Positions 12,175-24,100 of a stretch of DNA of 64,000 bases are shown piece by piece. The notes beneath the pieces are model-generated. The model ran no database searches and was not told the origin of the DNA. It saw only the letters and a list, made by a program, of their open reading frames with translations. Numbering within the stretch: the stretch's first letter is position 1; every line of letters begins with the position of its first letter. Source of the DNA: Phoronis australis (lineage: Eukaryota; Animalia; Phoronida); NCBI GenBank assembly GCA_002633005.1, contig NMRA01000039.1, positions 365,225 through 429,224 of the forward strand, read 5' to 3'. The translations under genes were made by a program, and so were the position numbers.

Positions 12175-15100
12175 CTGTAAAGTATTTCAGTCGCGATAAG
12201 AAAAGAGAATAAGATCAGCCCAAAAGCGAAAATTAAAACTTCAATTTTAGTGTTAGGCTGAATAATTGACAAAAGAAGGTAGTAACTCAATTCAGAGGTT
12301 TTGGATTTTTTGTCCAGGCAAAACGGTTCATGTATTTGTAATTGCATTTCCACAAATGTAAAACTTAAATACAAGTAACAAGATAGAGAACTTCATATCA
12401 ATGAGCCTATTATCTTTGTCAAAAACTCATCTGGAAAACAAAACTGCTTCTGCAATGTTCTATAACTCACCCGACAATCGTCGTCTCCGACTACAGAGTA
12501 AATTCTTGAGCTCCTGCCTTCTGCCTTTATTAGAGACTCGTTGGCTCCCTCCAAAGTTGCAGCCATGCCAAAGTTACCGTCTTCATCCCCGTAGACCACA
12601 GAGTTTTTACAGTGGTACGTGATCGTCTGCTCGGCACGTGCACTGAGGAGTTGTAGGAAGTTGAGCTGTACTGGGCTGATGTCATAAGTGAACTGGAAAA
12701 GTTCATTAGAATCTACTATAAACAAAGCCTAGAATATAACAAATGTAGACCTCTACCTATGAAGTTGGGCAGGCCTTTCTGATTTGAGACTATACAGTGT
12801 TGTCTAGGTGGTTATCACTGATGTGAGTCTTTTGAAGTTTCTCAGAATAGAAAAAGCTGCACATTAATACCATTTCATAAATGAGATACTTCTCTAAATC
12901 ACTGACGTCTGCAAATTGACCATCGAGAATTTCTTCGTCACTTTGACTAAACGTACATAGCCAGGTTAGTGATCTTACACCCTCCCGCCTGTACTCAAAT
13001 CCCTTGACCCCCCCCCCGCATCCCCCGTGTCTGTGATGTATGAATGAGGTGTGCGACCCGTGGGCGCAACACATTTGTAGTTTCTACAGGTAGTCGATCT
13101 TCCGCCACAATTCATGGCGCAGGCGACTTAATGTTTTTTCAACAAATTAAGACAATAAGTGGTGCTTACCACAAAACCGCCAGTTTCTATTTCACTGAAT
13201 GGTAGTCCTTCCTTCTCTTCTGCATTAATGCTGGGGTATGCTCTCTTGTCAACGTGTTTGACAGCCTTGATGCAGGTCTTGCCGCGTCTGCACGTGACAG
13301 GGACGGCATCCTTTACGTGCCCGCCGTTAGGATCGACCATGTATTCACCTATAAACAGATGAAAACCCCTCAACTAGTCTGTTGATGTCTGGAAGGCAGC
13401 TGCTAGCATTTGCTGGCTAGTTTTAAAAATCACTTGATAATTGTTATAATTAAACACATCGGTGGATTACATAAGATTAGTATTATTTAAAGTCGAATGC
13501 CGTCAAGGCATAAATTTTACATGAAACTATATAGACCAACAGTGCACTAACCAACACAACTATCCCCAGTATTCCATGGTTCTTTTTGTAAGTTCTCGTG
13601 TGCGCGTTCCTTTTGTTCATTTATAAGCCTAACATGATATTCCCTTTGAGATTGGTCAACGTGTTCTGATACTTCTACTGCATGATGAGCAGACCTAGGT
13701 GAACTCCTATGTGAAGAGCTGCTCGTCTCAAATGAAGCCTTTCTCAACTAAATTATTACCATCTTCCATGTCTGGATTTGCCTTCAGGAGATCGTCGCAT
13801 GACTTTCCGGGGTAAAGTTTGTCGCCTCGTGGTTGATTCAGCTGAGAAAGAGCGTCGCGTAGGTTGCCCAGTCCTTCAAGTAAGTTTTCGTCTTCCTCGT
13901 CGTTGTATGCGTTAGGATCGTCACCCTGGTCAATATTTTGGTTTGTTAAGAATCTCACGCAAAGTGCGCAACTATCGGTGATTACTGGTTATTAAAGATT
14001 GACTCCTTGTAGGCTTTTATACCATCTGGTAACGTAACTTGCGTTGCATGAATCGGCGCTTCAGATATCAGATACGAACAAAAAGAAATTCTGCAAAACT
14101 TTAGATAATTGAAGTTTCTTCAGGCCTGTATTTAAGTAACTGCTTCTCGTTGGCATTTCATTAATCGCGTACCAGCTGTCTTAGAAGCAGCTTCAATTAA
14201 TTGACAAAAAGGTCCTTATCTGCGCCAAATGTGTTAATGCGTTACCAAAAGCTGAATGATATAAAGAACATGTGTGACATACCTGGCCTTTGCCACGGCT
14301 GAACATGCGACTGAAAGATTCAGGGCCGAAGGCAGGAGATCCGCCTGGTGGTCCGGGAGGTCCCGGGGGTCCAGGAGTACCTGATGGACCGGGACGGCCA
14401 TCTTCACCGGCAGCACCTCGTGATCCCTAGTAAGTGTGATGACACAATCGAAATATCGTAAAAACGATGCTAACGGTGATGATGCTGGTGATTAAAACGA
14501 TAATAAAAGCGATGGCAAGGGTTGTAGTAATAAAATTCCAGCGAGTAGATATTAGCTACTTTAAAGCAAGCGCCATACTCGTTGCAACTCATTGTGAACT
14601 CATTTAAAGATACCCCGTTTTAAGCCAGGTATTACCTTTCTGCAATTATGGATTCTTTTTATTTTTCACCCTCGTGAAGACCATTGCCAATGGCCATGGG
14701 AAAGGAGTGACCTCTACAAGGAACTGGGAAGAAATAACAGTTCTATGCGAAATATTGAACCTGTTACCTTGTCTTATTTTCAGATCTACTAAAACACATT
14801 TTGATAGAAAAGCAGTGTTAACATGCCCCACGATTAACTTCTAGTCTTGACTTCCAACTGAACTATACATCAAAGATGAAATGTCATTACTCACTGGTGC
14901 ACCAGCCGGGCCAGGCAAGCCTGCAGGTCCTGTGAGACCAGCAATGCCACGTTCTCCAGGTTCACCCTGGAATGATCGAAATGTATCTTAAACTTTAATT
15001 ATGAGATATGTGATGACATTCATAGTCTAGGACAGCCCAGCTCTGGTAAAAATTGTGAGTTTTACTGGTCCAGACGCTACAGTCATATAGAAAATAGGAG

Positions 15101-18100
15101 ACTTTGCTACAGTAGAAAAATTCCAACTGTTAATTTACAAAAACCTATGTAATGCTTAAGATGCCTGCACTGATAAATCAGAAAACGGTTTGCTTGCGTC
15201 AAGTCAAAATTTGACTAGTAGATACTGGAAAAACATTGTCGCTAACAGTTAAAAAAGGCTTCCACATATCACGCCTAGTTTGCTTACTCTTGCTCCTGGT
15301 GGTCCTGCGTTTCCGGTGGGTCCAGTTTCGCCAGGGGCACCGGTTGGACCAGGTGGGCCCTGTAGACCAGGAAGACCAACGTATCCGGGATCACCCTTTT
15401 CTCCCTGGGGACCGGATTCGCCCTTCTCACCTTGAAGCCCAGTGTTACCCTGTTTGAAGGAAAATCAAGTTATAACCACAATCATCTGGTTGTACGTAGC
15501 TCAGAATAATTCAAGACATCAGAGTAAACGTGTAACCCTGCGGATAACAATATATACACAAAACGTACCGAGAGTGGCGTACATGAAGTAATATCCCACG
15601 AGACATTATTCCGCGTATCGACCTCGACCTTCGGTCTCGCGGAGTAATGTCGAGTGGGCTATTACTTCATGTACCCCAATCGAGGTAGGTTTTGCATTTA
15701 TCCCATACGCTTCAAATTCCTAAGTTTCTTTCATTTTTTCCGCAGATTTTTAAGTACTTCACTCAGACTGTTCACGTGGCGGATCACATCCCATATGTAT
15801 GTACTTGCGCGTTAGCCTGCAAGTTTTATCTAGTAAAAGAAACAGTTTTAAATGCCACGATTTATCACTTGAAAAGAGATAACAAAGATGAAAACAAGGG
15901 TAACTTTTTATTGAACTTGTAACATCTCCTGAAAATAGTTAAATAACAACAATATTTGATATTGTAGTTACGAGGAATCGGCGCCTGAGTTGCAGACGAT
16001 AAAATATTTAGCAACTGAAAACTGAGACAGAACTGTCATGTAGTTAACAGTCCTGTTCCAGATGTTACGATTGAGACCTGATTGTATATTGAGCGTTATT
16101 TACACTGCTATAATTGTATTACTTTAAACTATTTTTTTGAAAATTTGGTGATCGAACCGGCTAACGACGTCTAGTCGACATTGACCTACCTTTTGAACTT
16201 TCCATGTCAGAGGTCAACGTTGAAGTAGTGCGGGAGGTGAATACGGAAAATGTTATTACATGGCCGTATTTCCCTCAACAGATTCAACGTGTATGGGATA
16301 AATGCTACTACACATGTAATCAGAAGGATTATCAAAGAGGGACAAATGGATCGATTTTACGTGACGTCAACAAAGGTCTGGGTTTGTTAATGATTGGAAA
16401 CGTTGAATGTAGCAGCTCCTAACAGTTCATCTATCAGCCTTCTTTTGTTTTCATTGTGTGGCGCATGGAATTTAACATTTATTGACCTCAAACGAAAAAG
16501 AATAGTGTGAACGCACGCGAAGTAAGGCCTGAACATATTGAAAACACCTTAGAAGATACAGCATGTTCATAATAACTACAGACGTAGCAAAGGGACGGCA
16601 TCAACTCACCNTTGGTGATCGAACCGGCTAACGACGTCTAGTCGACATTGACCTACCTTTTGAACTTTCCATGTCAGAGGTCAACGTTGAAGTAGTGCGG
16701 GAGGTGAATACGGAAAATGTTATTACATGGCCGTATTTCCCTCAACAGATTCAACGTGTATGGGATAAATGCTACTACACATGTAATCAGAAGGATTATC
16801 AAAGAGGGACAAATGGATCGATTTTACGTGACGTCAACAAAGGTCTGGGTTTGTTAATGATTGGAAACGTTGAATGTAGCAGCTCCTAACAGTTCATCTA
16901 TCAGCCTTCTTTTGTTTTCATTGTGTGGCGCATGGAATTTTACATTTATTGACCTCAAACGAAAAAGAATAGTGTGAACGCACGCGAAGTAAGGCCTGAA
17001 CATATTGAAAACACCTTAGAAGATACGGCATGTTCATAATAACTACAGACATAGCAAAGGGACGGCATCAACTCACCGGTGCTCCACGAGGTCCTTGGTT
17101 ACCTTCTGGACCTTCCGGGCCCATTTCACCCCGTGGGCCGCGCTCACCAGAGGCCCCCGGAGGACCCTGGGGTCCTGGACGTCCTATAGCGCCAGGAAGA
17201 CCAGAGGGTCCTGGTGGACCCTGGGAACCAACAGGACCCTTCTCGCCCTGTCGTCCAGACAAACCAGGGTTGCCGTCTTTACCCGGTGGACCCTGAAAAT
17301 ATGATTTGAATTCAGTGACCCAAACGCTCATGTGATACAATGATTTGAGGAATTTTTCATCGGCAAATAAACAAGTTATGACCTTATACGAGTTTCGCAG
17401 ATTTGTTTTCAGATGAAACCATAATCGAATAAGTGCAACCATTATAAAAGAGATAATATACTATTTTTCGGTCGTGATTAGTCACGGCACTAGGCTAGGG
17501 CCTGTACATCATTATCGTTGGAACGCATTATTGAGTTTATGTTTTGGGGTGGAACCCTTTGATTTGTTTGTTACGTCAAGTTAGCAAAAAATTCATTAAT
17601 TGCTTTAACGGAAAATTCGCTGCGGCTATAGTTGATCCATTCGAGTTTGAAGTTTACAGCTTCGGCTTGATCCTAATTGTACAGGACTATAATCAGGACG
17701 AAACCATTTGGAACATGAAAGAGCAAGATTGTTTATACTGACGCCCCGGATTGTTAAACTCTTCGATTAACTTAGCACTCACCGGTGCGCCCGGCTCTCC
17801 GGGAGCCCCAGGGGATCCTGGTACGCCTGGTGCTCCAACCTGACCTGGAGTTCCATCCTGTCCGTCCTGACCGGAGGGTCCATCTTCGCCCTGAGGTTGA
17901 TAAAATACAACAGGTTTTTCTCAGATCGTATAATGGAGTATCGCCAAGTCTAATGTATCTTCTACAGCAAATACTCCCGTAACCCTTGTTTTGTAAAAAC
18001 CGCTTGCACCAATCGCACGATTTGCTAAATGCTGCTGAATGATTCTTGAATGGCTTGAATTTCACGACATGTCCATTCAATGAAACTCGGGTCAATCGCA

Positions 18101-21100
18101 TAACATCTAGTAAGGACATGGTGTTCTTTGTTTACCCAAAACAAGGACCATGAGAAAGTTTACTAGCAGCGTATAGTCAATGTGTGCACGTCCAACTTAC
18201 ATTTACTTCCATTTAGGTAATGAATTATTAATCAGTCAATGTTATTATTGCGTAACATTAGACGGTAGTCATACCCTGTCACCCTCTGGACCCTGAGGAC
18301 CTGGCTCTCCTTGTTTGCCTGGCAAGCCTGCCAATCCGCGATCTCCCTGTTGACCTGGTGGTCCCTGTGGTCCGGTTAAACCCTGGGAACAGAGATTTTA
18401 CATTGCTTTACTTCTGCCACTATCTATAGAGTTGTTCTAGACGCCAATAAACGTTTTTCGAGGCCGTTTTCTCCTCACACACGATAAATGACTATGGTCA
18501 GCCAGAACAAATAGTCGGTCAAGACCGGCATTAAGAATCATATAAGCCAATTACACAGAGAAATAACGTACATTACTTGGCAAACACTTAAAATAAAACG
18601 CTCTTTTACACATTTAGCAGCATTAATAAGCCTTTTATGATGATCAATGAAGTTTTTTATTTTACGTTCAACTCCACCTCGCGAACTACACCCAAGTTCA
18701 CAACAATCAATCAATTAATTTCAGCAAATCACTGCGCGGGAAAGTGTAAACATTACGATCGTCTTTTGTCTTGTCCCACTTACATTCGTTGCTAACCAAA
18801 GCAGAAATATGGTTTTTCAATGCGCCATTTCTTTGTCTACCAGATAGTAATGAGATTACCGACGCTCAATACCTTCAAACGTTATTCGACACCCGCCAGA
18901 AAACTGTCCAATCTCATTTTGCGAAAACTGAAAGTGACCCGAGCCGTGCCACGCAATTGGTCAATTGTCGAGTCTGGAGTGACGTGTGGCACTCTCGAGT
19001 CCAAGTCCCATTAGAATGCAGGCTATGCATTGATGAATGAGTTACATAATTCTGGGCCCTGTTTCATGAAAAGTGAATTAATACTTAAGTCAGAAATTTG
19101 GTCGTTTGCTCCACACAACTATTTCTGAAAAACAATTAGTTTTCACTTGAGCAAAAATGCTGTCTCAGAGAATATGCGCATAACTGCTAGTTACTGAGAT
19201 AATGTGTATTAATTATTTTTAGACAGTGATGCACTCATAATTACTTGGCTAAACATCTATTCAGAAATTGTTAATTGCGGGCGTAACACCAGATTGCTGA
19301 TGTCACCTTCATGAAACAGACTCTTGAACTCTCAAGGGTTTATTAGGTGAGTCCAAACTCATACCTGTACTAAGAGATCTTACCGGCGCACCATCAGCTC
19401 CTCTCTCGCCTTTGTCTCCAGCTAGACCAGCAACTCCTGGGTTTCCAGCCTGGCCGGGCGGGCCCTGTGGACCAACTGGGCCACGCGAGCCCTTGGTGCC
19501 CTGGGGGCCAATTGGGCCCTGGTTGCCCTGAGTGCCGGGAGCTCCTTGCTGGCCGGGACTGCCGGGCGTCCCCGGCTGTCCGGGGGAGCCACGTTCTCCC
19601 TGCTGACCGGTGTCTCCTGGTCGACCCCTCTGCCCTTGCACGCCCTCTTTACCCTAGAAAGGAGTCAGTATAACTGAGGTTCAGAACATCTGGTGTACGT
19701 ATACATGGAACAGCTACCCCCGGCTTAATTGAAGCGTTGGAGCCTTGACGCAAAATACTTTAGCAAAAGAATTTTCTAACTTAAGTAAGCTTACGACTCA
19801 GTAAAACAGGTTCTTCCTTTGGGTGTATCTCAGAGGATACGTTTCGTTCATCGGAAATTTCACTCGTTGATACCATTACCTCCTATTGTCAAAATATGAT
19901 GCACACCAATAAATACGTATGCTTACCGTTTCGCCGATGGGACCTGCATCACCACGCTCACCAGGAGATCCTTGGTCTCCTTTCACGCCAGGAGCGCCTG
20001 TGTCGCCCTTTGGTCCGGGAGGTCCAGCAACACCCTGATCGCACACCACAAGTAAAATTGAGCAGAAGACATTAAAACCGTGATCAGCAGTAGGCCTAAT
20101 GTTTTGGTTCAATCCTATCCAACGATGTTAAACTGTCTAAGACAGCACCCAGGAGAGAAAAACGGAAGAGTGCTTTGAACAATCCATTAAACCTCCTATA
20201 GTAACTAGATTATTGAGGCCACCAGAAACGAACCTAGACAGTGGATTTTATCTAAAAATACAGATTAAATAAACGAACAGCAAATTTTCTACATTAAAAT
20301 GTCATAAAGTAGACCACACATGAGACATGTTGGGTAAATACGTGCATAAATTTGGTTTGGTTATGGGTGTCCATGCTTTAGTATTTCAGTATAAAAAGCT
20401 GTCCTGTCTAGCACTGAATGGTGCATCTCACCCTTTCACCAGGAGGACCTCGGGGTCCGGTACCACCCCTGGGACCCTCGTCTCCTTGCGGACCTTCAGC
20501 ACCACCTTCACCTGGAAGCCCACGGTCGCCAGTTTTCCCTTTCCTTCCAGGCTCACCGGCTGACCCTTTGCTGCCCGGAATTCCTTGATCGCCCTATATT
20601 CAATCGGTCAGAAAGCGTAAGTTTTAGGGAGGGGAGATGTTAGTACCAAATGTTAGTGAGAGTGTGTGTGTGCTCGGATATCTTGCTGGCTACTCCTGGA
20701 AATGGTCGTCGTTGAAGGAGACTGAAAAGTGTCAACAGTGCTGTTAGATACTCGCAGCTGTGTGTGAGCGTGTTTATCTACATGTACCACACGCATACGT
20801 GAAACACACCAACGCACAAGTGGAGGGTGTCACATTAGTTGGGTGTGATGGGAAATTAGGGCAGAGTGCAAAGTCTCTTCAAACTGAAATGGTTGAAGCA
20901 GATGCCACTGGGTGTTTAGCTGGATAGGTGTGCCTATGTAGGATGGATCCTGAAATGAAATCATCGAGGTGACTGGTGGATGTTTGCTTTCGGGTGGAGG
21001 TGTCCTGAAACTAAACTACAACTGAGGTTAGTGAGGATATCGGAGGGTCTTCGGGGGGGGTGGAGCGGTGGGTATCTTTCTTACCCTTTCACCGGGGAAA

Positions 21101-24100
21101 CCCTGTATGCCCTGTGGACCTTGAGGTCCATCGGGTCCTTCTGCGCCATCCTGACCTCTCTCACCGGGGAATCCCGCTTCTCCTTGTTCTCCCTTAGCGC
21201 CAGTAAAACCAACTGGACCAGCGAGACCTACAGGTCCCGGTAGACCCTAACGAGTAAGCTGATGTGATTATGTTGAAACTAAGTGCAAAAGTGGACACGC
21301 GGCAAGTGATGTAATAGAAACGAAGTGAGACATTTGTGGAACTTGCCGTTCTATTTCAGTACATCATGAGTGACAAAATACATTGTGAAAATCAACGCTT
21401 TTGTTTTAAAAACAACTTAGTTAACATTTTTTTTTCTCAGAAGGCGTTTACTCTTTGCGGGAGAAATAGTCTCCTAATTATTCAATATTTAATTTCCGTT
21501 GAAAAGTTGAATGTTCTTAGTTCGAATAACTTACCCGAGAGCCATCTTTGCCGTTCTCACCAGGTTTGCCTGTGTCTCCGGGCTCGCCCTAAAACACAAA
21601 CATACGGCTTTCGTGAATTAGTGAGGAAATGCTTATTTTCAATTCCATTACTAATTTTCTGACATGAAACGGTGAATGTGAAGAATGCGTCTGCTTATCC
21701 TCTTTTAGGTGACAAGTGTAATAATTCGAGTCCATACCACTTTGTTCTACTCATCCAACGTACCCTAGCACCTTTCTGTCCCGGTGGTCCGTCTGCTCCC
21801 CTTTCGCCTGGAAGACCCTGAAAGTGAAAATGCGTACAATATACGACCTGACTGTGCAAAATCGAATCCACATAGTTCATGTTAATTCATTAAAACGAAT
21901 TAGGTAACAACTCATGAATTATTTCTGCTTCCAACACTGACGTCAACTACAGCGAACTAAGTAGATTGCAACACCGGTTCTAAATATAGTCTTTGTCTGG
22001 TGTTTCCCGTGTTGTTTAGGTTTACTAGCATCGTCGAGAAAACCATAACATCATTCTCCGGTGGATTTAACCAATATTGATGCATGAGTAAAGACCTTCC
22101 CAAATTATCTCTGGCTTTGGTCGTTGATTGATTGACTGATTGGCTTATTGAGCACCAATTAGCCAAACAATACAATACAACACAACAAAGCACATACGAG
22201 GTGATGCACGGGATTTAAGGATGAAAATAAGGCCAAGATAGATGGCGCCTAGAGGCAGAACTTTATAGTCGTACATGCGCATGCCTCAGACTTCAAACTT
22301 CGTAAAGGTACTAGATAGACCTTTATAGCGTACTTTGTGGCATTGATGTTTAAACCCTGTTTACTTACGACCAGTCCTTGATCGCCTCGTTCACCCATAT
22401 CCCCGGGCTTGCCGGGTGCTCCAGGGGCGCCGTCTGAACCACTTGGACCTGGTGCACCCCTTTCGCCCGGTGCACCAGTGGCTCCTGGTGATCCACGCTC
22501 GCCGGGAAGGCCAGGATCTCCCTGGAAACATAATAGAGACGTTTTACAGGCACATTGCTATTACACAAGCACAGTGCGGGACATCTTACATCTTAAGAGA
22601 TGATTTGGTGGGAGGTCAAAACTAAATTGCAGACTATGGAAAAATGTTGTTGGTCACAGAAAAAGGAGCAATGTTGGCAGAAAGTCGTCAATGCCACCGC
22701 GCATTCCTTGGCTGCATAATGCTGGCAACCAAGAAACAATTCAGTGATACAGAATTACTTTAAATTTTAAACGGATACAAAGTAACAATATCAGCAACCC
22801 CTTTTCTTGAAATAATCGTACCGTTGTAATGAGAAATGAAAACAAACAATGCATATTTCTGGAAAGCATTGCCAAAAGTAAACCTAAATAATGTGAGCAA
22901 TACATATTTGAGTACTGCCATGTGTGATACGTACTCTTGGACCTTGCTCTCCTGTAGTTCCTTGTGAGCCATCTTTTCCTGGTTCACCTGGAAGACCCTG
23001 ACTGCCGGGTACTCCTGGGGCTCCGGGGAGACCCTGGAAACCTGTGGAGCCTGGTGCGCCCTCGGGACCGCGCTCACCTGGGAAACCCTGTCAGGGCAAA
23101 ATAATCGCAAAAATCAAACGCCCCTACCGTACAGAACAACGTTAGCAGGGAAAATTGCCTTAATTTGTTTTATACCTTTACCACTTTTGAATGATGACTG
23201 GGTTATTTCGCTAGAGTAGGACCCATGACTATGTCTTTGGGATCGAATTTGTCCAACATTTTGCACATTTATACACGTATGATACGCATGCAAGAGTTGT
23301 GGTGCCATTTTGGCTGCTTTAAAGCCATCGGCACCTGTGTAGACATTTGTTGATCATGTGGTCGGTTGGCGACGTTTTGTCCTTTTTTCCTGTCTTGAGA
23401 AAATAGCAGGAGTGATCGATTTCAAATACTGATTTCGAAAGTTTTTTTATTACTCCTGTTTTAATAATGGAATGTACCGCACATGGTTTCAAAACAGATG
23501 AATAGGGAGTACGAGCAACAACAAAAAGGAACGCAGCTTTTCCAGTTTTATAATTTATTTACTACGTTCATGTGATTTCTCAAAAATCTCAGTTAGGTAT
23601 AGTTCTGTATTTGCCGAATTTTATGTTATTGGATTGGATAATACACAAAGATGGTAGGTGTCGTACAAAACGTTTAGATGGCTGCAAAGTGCCGTAAAAT
23701 TTGGGTCAAAATTCTCGTCTGCAATTCGTGCGTTTTTGTACCGACGACATGTTTGAGCTCCTCGTACTCATTCTTCAGCAGTATCCATTGAATCAAACTT
23801 TTCGCCTTTGAATATATTTTTCCTTAATAATCACATTAAAGTGACAATATCGGCGAGGAAAGTGAAGTCAGCCTTATCTCGGATTCGGTCCTGAAAGGTT
23901 CGTGCTGGTCGCAACGAAACGCTCTTCTGCGCAAAATCGCATTCAATAAATGGCAGAGTTTTTAAGCGTATTTAAGTGGTAAAGGCGTCAGCCTTCATTT
24001 CAGCTAACTTCTGGCAGACATAGACGAGAATTGGCGATTTGTGATCAAATCACAAAAGGCAACGGATTTTATTGTATTGTAGCTCTGATCAAAGCAAATA

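Noticed and set aside
13049-13082. Helitron-like 3' hairpin
   Set aside because: Terminus is GTAG rather than CTRR and no 5' end could be identified
16204-16889. Two identical 72-aa ORFs
   Set aside because: Produced by the duplication around N16611; intronic repeat sequence with no recognisable protein motif
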